Assembly: GCA_045863335.1 (NCBI GenBank)
Contig: BTVY01000003.1
Coordinates: forward strand, 96,001-160,000
Reading direction: 5' to 3'
From: Candidatus Hydrogenedentota bacterium
Lineage (GTDB): Bacteria; Hydrogenedentota; Hydrogenedentia; Hydrogenedentales; SLHB01
Length of the DNA: 64,000 nt
How positions within the stretch are numbered: position 1 is the stretch's first letter; the number at the start of each line of letters is the position of its first letter. Under the pieces are notes generated by a model. The model ran no database searches, had not been told where the DNA came from, and saw nothing but the letters and a program-made list of their open reading frames with translations. This document shows positions 39,100 through 50,400 of the stretch, one piece after another. A program made the translations under genes and the position numbers.

Positions 39100-40884
39100 A
39101 TGGCGGCTTGGACCGGGGAGTCAACCGATCCTTCAGGGAGGCGATTGGAACCGCTCAGTACAGAACTTATCGCGCCGAACGCAAAGACACGGCTTGTTGT
39201 CGTGCGGCTCGCGCTGGTTTGCGCGACATTGGTCGCGTGCGCAAGTGCTTACTCCGCGCATCTCACGTCCTTCCTTCACGCCAAGGAGTACGCGCTGGCC
39301 ATTGGCGTCGCGGCGTTGGGCATGCTGACCTTGATGAACGGCAGGGTCTCCCGGGTGGGCGTATCATTTCTCATTCCGCTCTTGGCGCTGGTAATCGTTG
39401 CCGTGAGTGCAGGTCTCGCCGGATTTACCACGCTGAACCGCGCAGCGGCCATCGAACTGCTCCGGTGGTCTGTTCTCGCCTTGTTCGTCTTGAACGTGTT
39501 TGACATCTTGGCGGCAGAGCGGGGGAGACGAGTGGTTTGCGCCGGCATAATCGCTTCCGCGGTAGCCGTGAGTGCCTTGGCGCTCGCTCAGTTCGCTGGT
39601 CTCGTGCCGGTGCTCTTCCCGGTGTACGAAGGACATGCGCACCCCTTGTATTCCGTCTTCGGGAATCCGGGTCTCATGGGCGGCTATGTCGCTCTCGGAC
39701 TCCCCATCGCGTTCCATTTTGCGTCCGGAAAAACCGGGGCGAGGTTCGTATGGATGGCGTCTATCGTTCCCATTTGCGCCGGACTAGCGATCTCCGGCAC
39801 CCGGTCCGCCTGGGCCGCTGCCCTGGCTGGGGTCCTATTCGTCCTGGCCTATGAACGCCTGTGGAATCGCTATGCCGCCGCTACCTTGCTGCTAGTCTTG
39901 TTGGCCGTCGCCGCACTTGTCCTCATCGCTCCCGACCAGACCATCGGTCGTTTCGAATCCGCAGCCTTGGGCGGAGATTCCAGTTCGAGCCTCCGCTTCT
40001 GGTTTTGGTCTGGAGCCATTGAACTTATTCGAGAATTCCCCGTCTTTGGCGTGGGACCGGGGAATTTCGCCTATCACAGTCCTGAAGCGCTTGCGCACGT
40101 GCTGCACGGTCCCGGTGGAGTGCAGTTCGCCCACAACGAAGTCCACACCTTGCATGCCCATAACGACTTCCTGGAACTCGCGGCGGAAACCGGTGCCGTT
40201 GGCTTGCTCCTGATACTCTGGTGGTGCCTGAGACTCGTACGATGCCCCGGACCGGAGTGGGGAAGTCTGATTGCGTACGCCGTGTTCGCGGCATTCTATT
40301 TCCCCACCTTCAGCTCTCCGCACGCCCTGGTCGCGCTCATTCTGGCAGCCGTGCTTTTTGCCCGCCGTCATGATGCCGAGGCGAAACCGGCTGGCCGCGC
40401 AGCCGCCTCGCTGGTGGGTCTCATATCCATGGCCGTGTTGGGACTCGTGGTCTGGATGGTCCTGATCCCAAGCTTCGAGTACCGCGAAGCATTGGACCGG
40501 CATCTAGCGAAGGACGATCCCATTCCAGCCTACGAACGTCTTGCCGCGCACCCTTGGGCGCCGACCGGAGTCCATGAGAAACTGGGGCTGGCGTTGCTCC
40601 AGGCGGGTCAGAACGAGGCTGCGGAAACCGAGTTCAAGAATGCACTGATCTCGATTGACACCGGCGCCGTGTATCTCGGACTCGGTGTCGCCCTTTTCCA
40701 GCAGGGCAAGTTGGACGAAGCGCGAGAAGCCTTTGAATCCTGCGTTTACCGCTGGCCGTCCCACGCTTACGCCTGGGAATTGCTCCTTCGTGTCACGCCG
40801 CAGGAAGATCGCGGCAAGGTCCTTGAGCGCGCCACCACCTGGTTAAGCAGGGAAGATATCGAGCGGATCGATAAGTTGGAATAG
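39100..40884 (+). CDS. O-antigen ligase (Wzy_C) family protein with C-terminal TPR
   Basis: SVFGNPG, SGTRSAW, R...W, PVFGVGPGNF, HAHNDFLELAAETG; TPR-like tail. Confidence 0.85.
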   Translation: MAAWTGESTDPSGRRLEPLSTELIAPNAKTRLVVVRLALVCATLVACASAYSAHLTSFLHAKEYALAIGVAALGMLTLMNGRVSRVGVSFLIPLLALVIVAVSAGLAGFTTLNRAAAIELLRWSVLALFVLNVFDILAAERGRRVVCAGIIASAVAVSALALAQFAGLVPVLFPVYEGHAHPLYSVFGNPGLMGGYVALGLPIAFHFASGKTGARFVWMASIVPICAGLAISGTRSAWAAALAGVLFVLAYERLWNRYAAATLLLVLLAVAALVLIAPDQTIGRFESAALGGDSSSSLRFWFWSGAIELIREFPVFGVGPGNFAYHSPEALAHVLHGPGGVQFAHNEVHTLHAHNDFLELAAETGAVGLLLILWWCLRLVRCPGPEWGSLIAYAVFAAFYFPTFSSPHALVALILAAVLFARRHDAEAKPAGRAAASLVGLISMAVLGLVVWMVLIPSFEYREALDRHLAKDDPIPAYERLAAHPWAPTGVHEKLGLALLQAGQNEAAETEFKNALISIDTGAVYLGLGVALFQQGKLDEAREAFESCVYRWPSHAYAWELLLRVTPQEDRGKVLERATTWLSREDIERIDKLE

Positions 40885-40896
40885 ACCGGACTGGCT

Positions 40897-42348
40897 TCAC
40901 AGTCCAATCGTGAGGGGCAGGAAGCCCGTGACAGTTCCCTGGAACGCCCCATCTTCGGGCGTGGCAATTCGCAGCGTGTAACGTGTTTCGGGCGTGATTG
41001 GGTGTACAAATCGATACGGTGCCTGGCTTGTCGCGTGCTGGATGGCACCGTTAGCGGACAGTTCCACGGTCATGGGCAAACCTGGGCTTCCGGTTTCGAG
41101 GTTGAAAAAGACGCGATCGCACTGCGCGTCCAGCCAAGGGGAGCCCGAGGTCGACCAGACCAGAGTGCATATGTAAGGCGCTTTACCCCCGGGAATGGGC
41201 AATTCACGGGGTTCGTTCTGCGAGAGTTCGGCGTAGCGCGCGATCAACGGCCAGTCCCGCACCGGCTCCATTCCGACCATGCTGATCCAAACGACGAGCG
41301 CAAGGGTCGTGGCGAGCAGCGAGTGCGCTAGCCACGCGACTACCACCCGGCCGTAATTTCCATCCGGGAGAAATAGTGCAAGCACGAACGCGCTCGCGGC
41401 CGCCGGCCCGGCAATCGCATAGGGTTGATACTTCAACGGTGTCCAGAGCAGCAGGTACGTGCACGATGCGACAAGAAGTCCCGCGCCGGACGCGTCCACG
41501 AGATTGAGTCCTCGAATCCTTGCGATCCGAAAGATGGCAAACAACAGGAAGGGACCGCCCACCGCGAGCGAGACTCCCACGGCCGCACGGGGCATATACA
41601 GGCTCTGGCCGAGTGCTTCGTAAAGGCTTGCAGGCATTTCCGCGACCGCCGTTTCCGAAGGGAATCGGACCAGCGCGACGTAGAGGGCCGCGGCAAAAGA
41701 GGCGACTGCTGCGATTCCACCCAGCAAGGGCCTGAGCCAGAGCATAACGGACGACGGAGCGGCCTCACTTGGTCGAAGGTCTGCCGGAGTATGCCGTTGA
41801 TTCAACTGGGCGTGGCACTGCCAACAGCGATCAAATTCCTCACTATTCTGAGCGCCGCAGTTCCTGCAGACCCTTCCCGTGCTGAGATTGATTCCGCTGT
41901 CGCTGTCCCCGAGGTGAAGTTTGTCCCGAGGCGTATCGGCGGGACCAATCCGAAGGCGCTCGATGGCCCGGCCCGCAATGGAATGATCGGGATCGAGCCG
42001 AACTACCTCTTCCCATGCTTCGGCGGCCTTCTCGTAGTCGCCCATGACCTCCCGCACTTTGGCGAGTTGTTCCCAAACGGGAAGCTCCAAGGGCCACTGG
42101 CCGAGGATGCCTTCCAATTCGTCGACCGCCTCCTGGTAACGCCCTAAACGATAGAGCGTTGCGGCCAGATACCGGAGCACGTTCAGTTTCCGGGTCCAGT
42201 CTTTCTTAAGGATGAGGAGATGCCGGAGGGCTTCGTTATACTCCCACGCCATGTACAGCTTCTTCGCGAGGCGCCAACGGTAATCGTAGGCCTCGGGATG
42301 CTCGACGACGTAGTCCGCCAACTCCTTCAGATCGTTCATTTCGTTCAC
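40897..42348 (-). CDS. TPR + RanBP2-type zinc finger membrane protein
   Basis: N-terminal TPR helices, CRNCGAQNSEEFDRCWQC, several TM segments. Confidence 0.7.
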   Translation of the reverse strand: MNEMNDLKELADYVVEHPEAYDYRWRLAKKLYMAWEYNEALRHLLILKKDWTRKLNVLRYLAATLYRLGRYQEAVDELEGILGQWPLELPVWEQLAKVREVMGDYEKAAEAWEEVVRLDPDHSIAGRAIERLRIGPADTPRDKLHLGDSDSGINLSTGRVCRNCGAQNSEEFDRCWQCHAQLNQRHTPADLRPSEAAPSSVMLWLRPLLGGIAAVASFAAALYVALVRFPSETAVAEMPASLYEALGQSLYMPRAAVGVSLAVGGPFLLFAIFRIARIRGLNLVDASGAGLLVASCTYLLLWTPLKYQPYAIAGPAAASAFVLALFLPDGNYGRVVVAWLAHSLLATTLALVVWISMVGMEPVRDWPLIARYAELSQNEPRELPIPGGKAPYICTLVWSTSGSPWLDAQCDRVFFNLETGSPGLPMTVELSANGAIQHATSQAPYRFVHPITPETRYTLRIATPEDGAFQGTVTGFLPLTIGL

Positions 42349-42400
42349 AAACCTGATTCCAGCCCGGTTCCGGGCGGAGCTGCTTGCCGGACCTGATGGA

Positions 42401-42661
42401 TCATCGCTTTTTGGACTTCTTGCGCGCCGTTTCGTGGAACCGTTTGGCGCGCAGGTGGAGTACCGCGTTCACGACCCAAGCGACGATTCCCGCAATGAAT
42501 CCGGCGAGTATGACGCCCATGCCCACCGGGATGGGTGGGGCCTGGTCTTCGTTCACAATCTGAAACGCGAAATACACGGAAGGTATCAACGCAACCGCGA
42601 ACACGATGAACCAAAACAACCAGCCGACACTGTCCAGGGGTTTACGCTCTTGCTTTGCCAT
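42401..42661 (-). CDS. Small 2-TM hypothetical protein
   Basis: Two hydrophobic helices, basic C-terminus, operonic spacing. Confidence 0.65.
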   Translation of the reverse strand: MAKQERKPLDSVGWLFWFIVFAVALIPSVYFAFQIVNEDQAPPIPVGMGVILAGFIAGIVAWVVNAVLHLRAKRFHETARKKSKKR

Positions 42662-42668
42662 ATATCTT

Positions 42669-43925
42669 CTACGAGTGATTCCGCGGGATCACGATGCGAA
42701 ACAGCGCGCCGCCTTCCTTGGATTGTCCCACGGTTATGTTTCCATGATGTTCTGCGATGATTTTCTGACAAACAGCCAATCCAAGTCCAGTTCCCTGTGA
42801 TCCCTTCGTCGAAAAGAACGGATCGAAGATTCGCTTGCGATCGCGCTCGGGAATCCCCGGCCCGTTGTCGCCCACCTCGATCACCAGCGTATCCGTTTCG
42901 GCGATTCGCGCGGCAATCCGAATGAACCCGCCCTCCTTGGGCATCGCTTCGGCGGCATTGAGGACGAGGTTGAGAAGACAGCGATACAATCCACGCGCGT
43001 CCACCTCGAATGGTCCGGCGAGTTCGGTCACGACCACATCTAGTTCGACCTTCTTCCTCGACAGCATTGCCCAGAACGTCTGCGAAACATCCTCGATAAG
43101 CGCCTGGATATCGGCGGGTTCCCGTTTCGGCACGCGCGGCTTGCTGAAGGCGAGCATGTCCTCCACAAAATTGGCGATCCGCCTCGTACTCCGCTTCAGA
43201 ATGGGCCAACTTCGTTCCAAAAACTCCGTATTGTTTCGTTCCAGTCCCTGATCGATCAGGTCCACGCTGCCGCTCATCCCGGTGATGATGTTCTTTGTGT
43301 AATGGGCGAGCCCCGCTACGGCCTGTCCTAAAGCCGCGAGGCGTTCGGCCTGGAGGTTCTCTTCAATGAGGCGCGCGTTGGCAATGGATGTGGCGACGAG
43401 CCCCCCGAAGATCTCCATGACATGGAGGTCGGTGTCGGTGAAGTGCGGCCCGCCCACTTTGTTGACCACTTCAATGACGCCGATGAGTTCATCCCGATCC
43501 AGGAGCGGCACGGCCAGGATCGATCGCGTCTCAAAACGGCTGGTCTCGTCCGCAAAACGGAAAAACCGGGGATCTTTTCGCACGTCGTGTACGTTAACCG
43601 ATTGCCGCTCCCCGGCAGCCACGCCCGCGATTCCTTCGCCTTTGGCCAGCCGGATTTCGCGTTTCAGTGCTTCCTGGTCACCCGATTCGCCCAAGGCGAC
43701 TTCAAAGTACAATTCCTCCGTCGACGGGTCGTACAACATGAGCGAACAGGCTTCGGCCTTGGCCACCTGTTTGCTCTCTTCCATGATGCGGGCGAGCAGG
43801 GTGTTGAGGTCGGTAATCAGGGAAATAAAGCGATGAACCCGGTAGAGCACGTCAACGATACGGCGAAGCTCTTCCGGGGAGACGTTGTCGAGCCAGGCGG
43901 CGTTTTCTGGTAGGTTGGCACTCAC
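42669..43925 (-). CDS. Cytoplasmic GAF-domain sensor histidine kinase
   Basis: GAF (GEGIAGVAA, D.RF...D....F.TRSILAVPL), H-box GLAHYTKN, NLVLNA, DNGPGI, FFSTKGSQGTGLGL; start uncertain (43925 or 43946). Confidence 0.9.
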   Translation of the reverse strand: MSANLPENAAWLDNVSPEELRRIVDVLYRVHRFISLITDLNTLLARIMEESKQVAKAEACSLMLYDPSTEELYFEVALGESGDQEALKREIRLAKGEGIAGVAAGERQSVNVHDVRKDPRFFRFADETSRFETRSILAVPLLDRDELIGVIEVVNKVGGPHFTDTDLHVMEIFGGLVATSIANARLIEENLQAERLAALGQAVAGLAHYTKNIITGMSGSVDLIDQGLERNNTEFLERSWPILKRSTRRIANFVEDMLAFSKPRVPKREPADIQALIEDVSQTFWAMLSRKKVELDVVVTELAGPFEVDARGLYRCLLNLVLNAAEAMPKEGGFIRIAARIAETDTLVIEVGDNGPGIPERDRKRIFDPFFSTKGSQGTGLGLAVCQKIIAEHHGNITVGQSKEGGALFRIVIPRNHS

Positions 43926-43926
43926 G

Positions 43927-44964
43927 TCAGTTTGGCGCCCGCTCATTAAGGACAAGATCCAAGTCCGGCAAGGCATGATAGAGCACGTCGCCAACCACCT
44001 GCAAACTGTCCGCGCTCACGTGTTCGATGGTGTCATTGGGCGTGTGCCACAGATTGCTATGGTCAAGACGGGAGCCCCCGTACTCAAAGTCGATGAGGTT
44101 GATGGCCGCGATACCCGCCAGCCGGAACGGCATGTGATCGTCCTGAATGACCGAGGACTGGGCCAGAAAGTGGCCGGAGTACCCGAGCCCGGCCGCGGTC
44201 GACCAGATAAGGTTGCTCAGCCAGGCCGGCGCGCCAGAATCCCGAATAATGCCCAGGTACTTGTCGCCGATCATGTCCACGTTAATCATGGCTTCGACGG
44301 AATTGAGCTTCCCTTGCGTTCTCAAATCGCGGACGAACTGCCGGCTCCCGTACAGGCTGTCGGACTCCGTCCACTCCTGAAACGCCTCTTCGCCATCGAA
44401 CCACACCAGCCAGACACTGCGCCCCTCGCGGCGGGGACCCAACGCGCGCGCCATTTCGATCATCCAGGCCGTCGTGGAACCGCCGTCGTTCGCGCCGACG
44501 AACCGGAATTCGGGAAAATACTTGGTGTCGTAATGGTTCCCGAGAATGATGATGCCGTCCTCGGTGCCTTCCACGTATCCCACCACATTGACCATTTTCT
44601 TGGGACCGAGCGGTGTTTTCGCGTCAAAGGGATATTCTTTGGACGGCACGCCGCAGGCTTCCAGTTCCGCGTGGATGAGCGCGCGCAATTGCGCGGCCTC
44701 GGGAGAACCGGGTGGACGCGGTCCCAGCGCGCAGATGCGCTCCAGATCGGCAAAGGCTCGCTGCCCATCAAAAGACGACCGCGCCCGTACCGCGTTCGGG
44801 ACTTGCGAATCGTCCCGAACCGCAAGTTGCCGCATCCCCGCATTGAACAGCAACAGCAGCGCGAATACACCAACTCCACCAGCCACGATGACCTTGAGCG
44901 CGGTCTTTCCCTGGTTTGCTCGCTGCCGTTTGATTGGTGCGTTTGCTCTCTTCGCTTCTTTCAT
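43927..44964 (-). CDS. M28 family metalloenzyme, animal-type glutaminyl cyclase-like
   Basis: HYDTK, GANDGGS, FDGEE, SLYGSR, DMIG, IQDDH.PF, WHT; N-terminal membrane anchor. Confidence 0.82.
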   Translation of the reverse strand: MKEAKRANAPIKRQRANQGKTALKVIVAGGVGVFALLLLFNAGMRQLAVRDDSQVPNAVRARSSFDGQRAFADLERICALGPRPPGSPEAAQLRALIHAELEACGVPSKEYPFDAKTPLGPKKMVNVVGYVEGTEDGIIILGNHYDTKYFPEFRFVGANDGGSTTAWMIEMARALGPRREGRSVWLVWFDGEEAFQEWTESDSLYGSRQFVRDLRTQGKLNSVEAMINVDMIGDKYLGIIRDSGAPAWLSNLIWSTAAGLGYSGHFLAQSSVIQDDHMPFRLAGIAAINLIDFEYGGSRLDHSNLWHTPNDTIEHVSADSLQVVGDVLYHALPDLDLVLNERAPN

Positions 44965-45012
44965 GCCGGCATTATGCGCGTCTGAGACTGCAAGGACAAC
45001 TGTCTGACCGGG

Positions 45013-45738
45013 TTAGCCAGGGATACTCGACGCGAGTGAACAGTGCCGGATAAACGCGAGAAGAAGCCAGTTCGGTTGCGAGGGATCGCGTTCCGGATGC
45101 CATTGCACTCCAATGACGAATTCGCGATCGGTACGCTCCATGGCTTCGATGATTCCGTCGTCGCTTACGGCTGCAAGCCGGAATCCAGAGGGTACTTCAC
45201 GAATAGCTTGATGGTGCGAAGACGTGATCGTGATGCGTTCCGATGGCGCCAACGCCGCCAGCCTGGTCTCCCGCTGGATTGCCACCTCGTGGCGAAGCAT
45301 TCGGGACTCGTCTCCGTGGGTCCCGCTCCCCGGCCGTTGATCGGGAATGTCCTGAATCATGCCGCCCCCGGCGACGACATTCATGACTTGCATCCCCAGA
45401 CAGATCCCCAGAATCGGCTTCTCAAGGGCCATGGCCCCTTCGAGCCAACGCGTCTCGCTTTCCCACCGCTCCATGGGGAGTGGGACCGACGCCGGATGCT
45501 GGGGTTCCCCGAGAAGGTGCGCGGGAATATCGTCATTGCCTCCGGAAAGGATGATCCCGTCCAGGCGATCGAGTATCGGCTCCACGATGCCGGGCTCCGC
45601 GGTCGGAAGAATAATGGGCAGACCCCCTGCATGGATAACGCCGGTGCAATAACTGGAGAGAAGATGGTTTGCGTTCCACGGAACCCCCTGCAGTACGCCG
45701 GGCAGAAATTCGCTGGTGACTCCGATAAGTGGTTTCAT
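45013..45738 (-). CDS. Peptidase C26 / PuuD-like glutamine amidotransferase
   Basis: LDGIILSGG, PILGICLGMQ..NV..GG, SSHHQA, GVQWHPE. Confidence 0.9.
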   Translation of the reverse strand: MKPLIGVTSEFLPGVLQGVPWNANHLLSSYCTGVIHAGGLPIILPTAEPGIVEPILDRLDGIILSGGNDDIPAHLLGEPQHPASVPLPMERWESETRWLEGAMALEKPILGICLGMQVMNVVAGGGMIQDIPDQRPGSGTHGDESRMLRHEVAIQRETRLAALAPSERITITSSHHQAIREVPSGFRLAAVSDDGIIEAMERTDREFVIGVQWHPERDPSQPNWLLLAFIRHCSLASSIPG

Positions 45739-45972
45739 TTCAGAGGTATCTCCTGGGGGTAACATCCAATTCAAGGGTATCGATACTGAGTGATCGCTGG
45801 CCTGCTCAAATCGTCGGCGCGTCTTGTTAAGCTATTCATAATAAAGTGCTTACATTGGAAACGCATCCCCGCATCGCATCGGCCTGGGCTGAAGTCGCCG
45901 GGAGTATACCACGAGGGAGGATGAAGAACCTCACCCCCGGAGAGGATTCAGAAAGAATTTGTATACAGTTGC

Positions 45973-46001
45973 GAAACCTGCGGCGGGGCGGAGCAGTCTA
46001 A
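45973..46001 (+). promoter_or_regulatory. Possible ECF-sigma promoter upstream of the RND operon
   Basis: GAAACC-N17-GTCTAA. Confidence 0.35.
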
Positions 46002-46129
46002 ATCCGTGAATTGAAGTACGTCACGTCGGCGCGCACTACTTTAGTAGATCGAAGAAATTTTCGTAATCGCTACAGTCCGGATCGCATGGCGTGAATTGTA
46101 AGTAGCTTGTTTACAGCGTTTTGGAGGCT

Positions 46130-47359
46130 ATGATGCAAAGGGTCATTCTTGGGTCGGTTCTCGTGCTCCTCGTCACAGTCCTGACGGGTTGTCCGGATTC
46201 GGAGAAGAAGGAAGCCAGTGCGGCGGCGACCCCACCGGCCGCCGAGAAGCGCACGTCCATTCCGGTTGAGGCCCAGCTGCCCACCCGTGGTCCCGTTTCG
46301 GAGTACTTCGAGACCGATTCCCGCGTCGAGGCGGAACGCAAGGTGACCGCCACCTCCGAAGGCATGGGGAAATGTGTTCGCGTCTTTGTGGACGAGGGCG
46401 ATCGGGTCAGTTCCGGTGACGTGCTTGCGGAGTTGGACAAGGAAGAGTTGAATGCCCAACTTCGGTCTGCCAACGCCCAGCTGCAGAAACTGAAAAGCGA
46501 CTACGATCGCTCGAAGCAGCTCTACGAAGAGGGCTTGGCGGCCAAGGCCGAGTACGATAACGCCCGGTACAGCTACGAGCAGCAGCTTGCCTCGGTCAAC
46601 CAGCAACAAGTCCAACTGGATAACATGACGATCCGCGCTCCCATCAGCGGCGTCGTCACGATCCGGCACATCCAGCAGGGTGATTTGGTGTCTTCCGGCG
46701 CGCCTGCCTTCGATATCGTGGACACCAATTCCTACATCCTCACCATCAATCCCCCGGAGCAGTTGCTTCCGCGCGTCGAGAAAGGGCAGAAGGCCCTCGT
46801 TAGTATCGACGCCGTAAAAGGAGATCCTTTTGAAGCCACCGTTCGCCGGATCAACCCGGCGGTCGATCCTGCCACGGGGACAGTGAAAGTGACGCTCGAT
46901 TTTCGCAAGGACATTATGAGTCAGCTTCGCGAGGCTGCTTTTGCGCGTGTCCGCTTGGTCATGGATACGCGGGAGAATGCGCTGCTGGTTCCGAAAGACG
47001 CGGTCATCGAGGAAAACGCGCGCAAATATCTCTTCATTGTTGGACCCGAAGAGCAGGTGTCTCCGGAAGGGACCGAGGCATCCGATGCCGCTGCAGATAC
47101 GATGATTGCAACCCGCGTCGAAGTGAAAACTGGACTCGAAGACAACGCGAAGATTGAGATCCTTGAGGGAATCGACGAGAACTCCCCGATTGTCACGGTG
47201 GGTCAGCAGACCTTGAAGTCCGGTTCGGAAGTGAAATTGACCACGACCCAGGAAGAACTGCTGGCGAAGGCGGGCCTGAGTGCGGAAGAGGCCCTGGCCG
47301 CGGCAGAAGCGGAACGTGCGCGCGGCGCGAAGAACGTCGATCGTCGAACCGGCTTGTAG
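46130..47359 (+). CDS. RND efflux periplasmic adaptor (MFP) lipoprotein
   Basis: Lipobox LTGC, VDEGD.V..GDVLA.LD, IRAPISGVV, INPAVDPATGT. Confidence 0.92.
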   Translation: MMQRVILGSVLVLLVTVLTGCPDSEKKEASAAATPPAAEKRTSIPVEAQLPTRGPVSEYFETDSRVEAERKVTATSEGMGKCVRVFVDEGDRVSSGDVLAELDKEELNAQLRSANAQLQKLKSDYDRSKQLYEEGLAAKAEYDNARYSYEQQLASVNQQQVQLDNMTIRAPISGVVTIRHIQQGDLVSSGAPAFDIVDTNSYILTINPPEQLLPRVEKGQKALVSIDAVKGDPFEATVRRINPAVDPATGTVKVTLDFRKDIMSQLREAAFARVRLVMDTRENALLVPKDAVIEENARKYLFIVGPEEQVSPEGTEASDAAADTMIATRVEVKTGLEDNAKIEILEGIDENSPIVTVGQQTLKSGSEVKLTTTQEELLAKAGLSAEEALAAAEAERARGAKNVDRRTGL

Positions 47360-47423
47360 TACGAGGACGCGGCGTGCGGCGTCATGGATGATGTGGTGTT
47401 GACCTACTGCGGATTGAATTTCT

Positions 47424-50400
47424 ATGTCTGATCCCCTTTCTGAACCTTCCGAGAAACACTTTAGTTTGCCTGTCCGGCGGCCCGTCACGATGGCGATGCT
47501 GTTTCTCACCATCGTCGTGTTCGGGTGGAAGTCCTACCAGGAACTTCCCATCAATCTGATGCCGGACATTTCCTATCCCACGCTTACGGTGCGCACCGAA
47601 TACGAAGGCGCCGCCCCGGAAGACGTGGAGAAACTCGTCACGCGCCCGCTTGAAGAACAACTGAGCATCGTGAGCGGGCTCGTCGAACTCACCAGCACCT
47701 CCTCAGCGGGACTTTCCGAAATCGTGATGGAGTTCACGTGGGGCACGGACATGAATCTGGCCCAGCAGGATGTTCGCGACCGGCTCGACCTCTTCGATCC
47801 CCCCCGTGAGGTGACGGAAAAACCCGTAATCCTCCGCTACGACCCAACCTTAGACCCGGTAATGCGCGTTGCCGTCACTGGCGAGGACCTGTCCCATATT
47901 GCGGATCCCGCGGAACGGGAAGCCCGCAGCCGCGAACAGCTCACGGCCATTCGCGAGGCCGCCGAACGCTACGTGAAGAGCGACCTTGAAGCCGAAATCG
48001 GAATCGCCCAGGTGCTCGTGAAAGGCGGCCGGGAAATCGAAGTCGAGGTCATGGTCGACGCCGCCATCGTGAAGAATATCGGCCTCTCAGTCGAAGGCGT
48101 CGTCCAGGCCCTCGCGCAACAGAATATTAATCTCTCGGGCGGTATTCTGCGGGAAGGCAAGACTGAATACCTCGTTCGTACCAAGAACGAGTGGCAGGAC
48201 GTGAACGAAATCCCGGACTCCGTAATTGGCAGCACCAGCACCGGCCAGCCCGTCCGGTTGTCCGATGTCGCGACCGTGCGTATTGGAGAAAAGGACCGCG
48301 AATCCATCGTCCGCATCAACGGCAGTGAAGCCGTCGAACTGGACATCTTCAAATGGGGCGACGCCAATACGGTGCGCACCTGCAACACGGTGAAGGATCT
48401 CCTCGGCTTCGCGCGCGAGAAGAATAGCCTGGAACGTTTGCGCGACTACATGAACGAGGCATCCCAGCCGCCGCCCGACGCGGACCTGCCATCGGTCATC
48501 GTCATGCAGCAACTCGCGAAGGAAATGGAAAAGTCGCGTACCCTGCGCAACAAGCTTCCGGACTACGCCCAATTCCACATCGTGAGCGACCAGTCGCGGT
48601 TCATTTCGTCGGCAATTAAAGAGGTCCAGTCGGCGGCGGTGAACGGCGGGTTCCTCGCGATTATCGTGCTCTACTTCTTCCTGCGGAAGTTGAAGCCTAC
48701 GATCATTATGGGGGTCGCGATTCCCATCTCGATCGTCGCTACCTTCATCCCGATGTTCATGCAGGATCTCACACTCAACATCATGTCTCTTGGCGGACTC
48801 GCCATGGGTGTTGGCATGTTGGTGGACAACTCCATCGTCGTTATGGAGAGCATCTCGCGATGCATGGAAGAAGGGGACGATACCTCGGCCTCGGCCAATC
48901 GCGGCCGGCAGGAGGTCTTTGGCGCGCTCATCGCCTCGACACTGACGTCAATTGCCGTTTTCATGCCCCTCGCCTTTGTGCAAGGCGTGGCGGGCCAACT
49001 CTTTCGCGACCACGCGCTCACAGTAACGTACTCGCTGCTTGCCTCGTTGCTCGTGGCGCTGTATCTCGTGCCTATGATCGCGTCCCGCACGAAGCTCGCC
49101 CTCATCGCTTCAGGCGACGTGGTATGGATCCTGAAAGCTTATCACCAGTCACGCCAGGAAGACGGGAAAGGCCGGCTCGCGTCAGCCCTGGCGATCCCCC
49201 TCAACGCGGCGCTGGCTTCCGCACAATGGCTGATCGATCAGGCAACCGTGAACTACGGCCCGGCCCTTGCCCGGTTGCGCTCCGCCCTATCCGGCGGCGA
49301 AGGACCAGCGTTGCTCGGACCCCTGCGTAGAGTCTGGAATCTCGTCATTGGCGCGGTCCTGATCGTCCTCGTCACCTTGTTGTTCAGTATTCAATGCGCG
49401 CTGCAAGTATTCCTGCAGTTTCTTATCACGCTGCTGTTTTTTGTCAGCATCTTGTTCGGCGCGCTCTTCGGGCTCGTGGCTGGACTATTGCACGTCATCC
49501 TCTGGATTCCCTTGTATCTCTTCGACCTCCTGTTTGAAACCTTTCGGAGTAGCTACGCCGTGTGGCTCCGGTACGCCCTGCGGTGGAGCCCGGCAATTCT
49601 CCTTCTGGTCGCGTTACTCGCCGTCCACAGCGCGACCCTGGTGCCCACACTCGGCAGGGAGTTGATCCCGGCCATGAATCAAGGGGAATTCGGCGTTCGC
49701 CTCGAAGAGCCGCCCGGAACCCGGCTGGAAGAAACCGAACGCCGCTCTCTGGATATCGAACGCCTGGCGCTCGCCATGCCCGAAATAGGCAATGTTGCCG
49801 TCGAAATTGGCCAGGAGTCGGAGAAAGCGAACTCCGAACGCGGCGAGAACGTCGCAGAGTTTTCAATTTCCCTCAAGAATCCGAAGGAAGACGTCATCCA
49901 TCAAGACGCAATCATGAACCGGTTGCGCGACGCCATCGCCGGCGTTAGCAGCGGCGAGGTTACGTTCTCGCTGCCGAGTCTCTTCAGTTTCAAAACGGCA
50001 ATTGAACTGCAGATCCGCGGTGACCAGTACGACGAGTTGGAACGAATCGGAAAGCGCGTCGTGGACGCCATCGACTCCGTGCCCGGTGTGAAAGACCCCG
50101 AACTGAACATGAAGGAAGGGTCTCCGGAGATCATCATCGAACTGGATCGCGATCTGCTGGCCGCCAAAGGCATCGCGCCGGAAACGGTGGCGCAGCGCCT
50201 GCGCACTGAGGTCCAGGGCGATCTCCCCACCGAACTCAACCGGCAAGGCGAAAAAGTCGACATCCGCGTTCGCACCGATCGAAAGATGCTTAGCAGCGTC
50301 GACGACTTGCGGCGCCTTTCCGTCACGGACGGGTATCCGCCCATTCCTTTGGATTCGGTCGCTCGCATCAGCGTCCAGGAAGGTCCTAACGAAATCCGTC

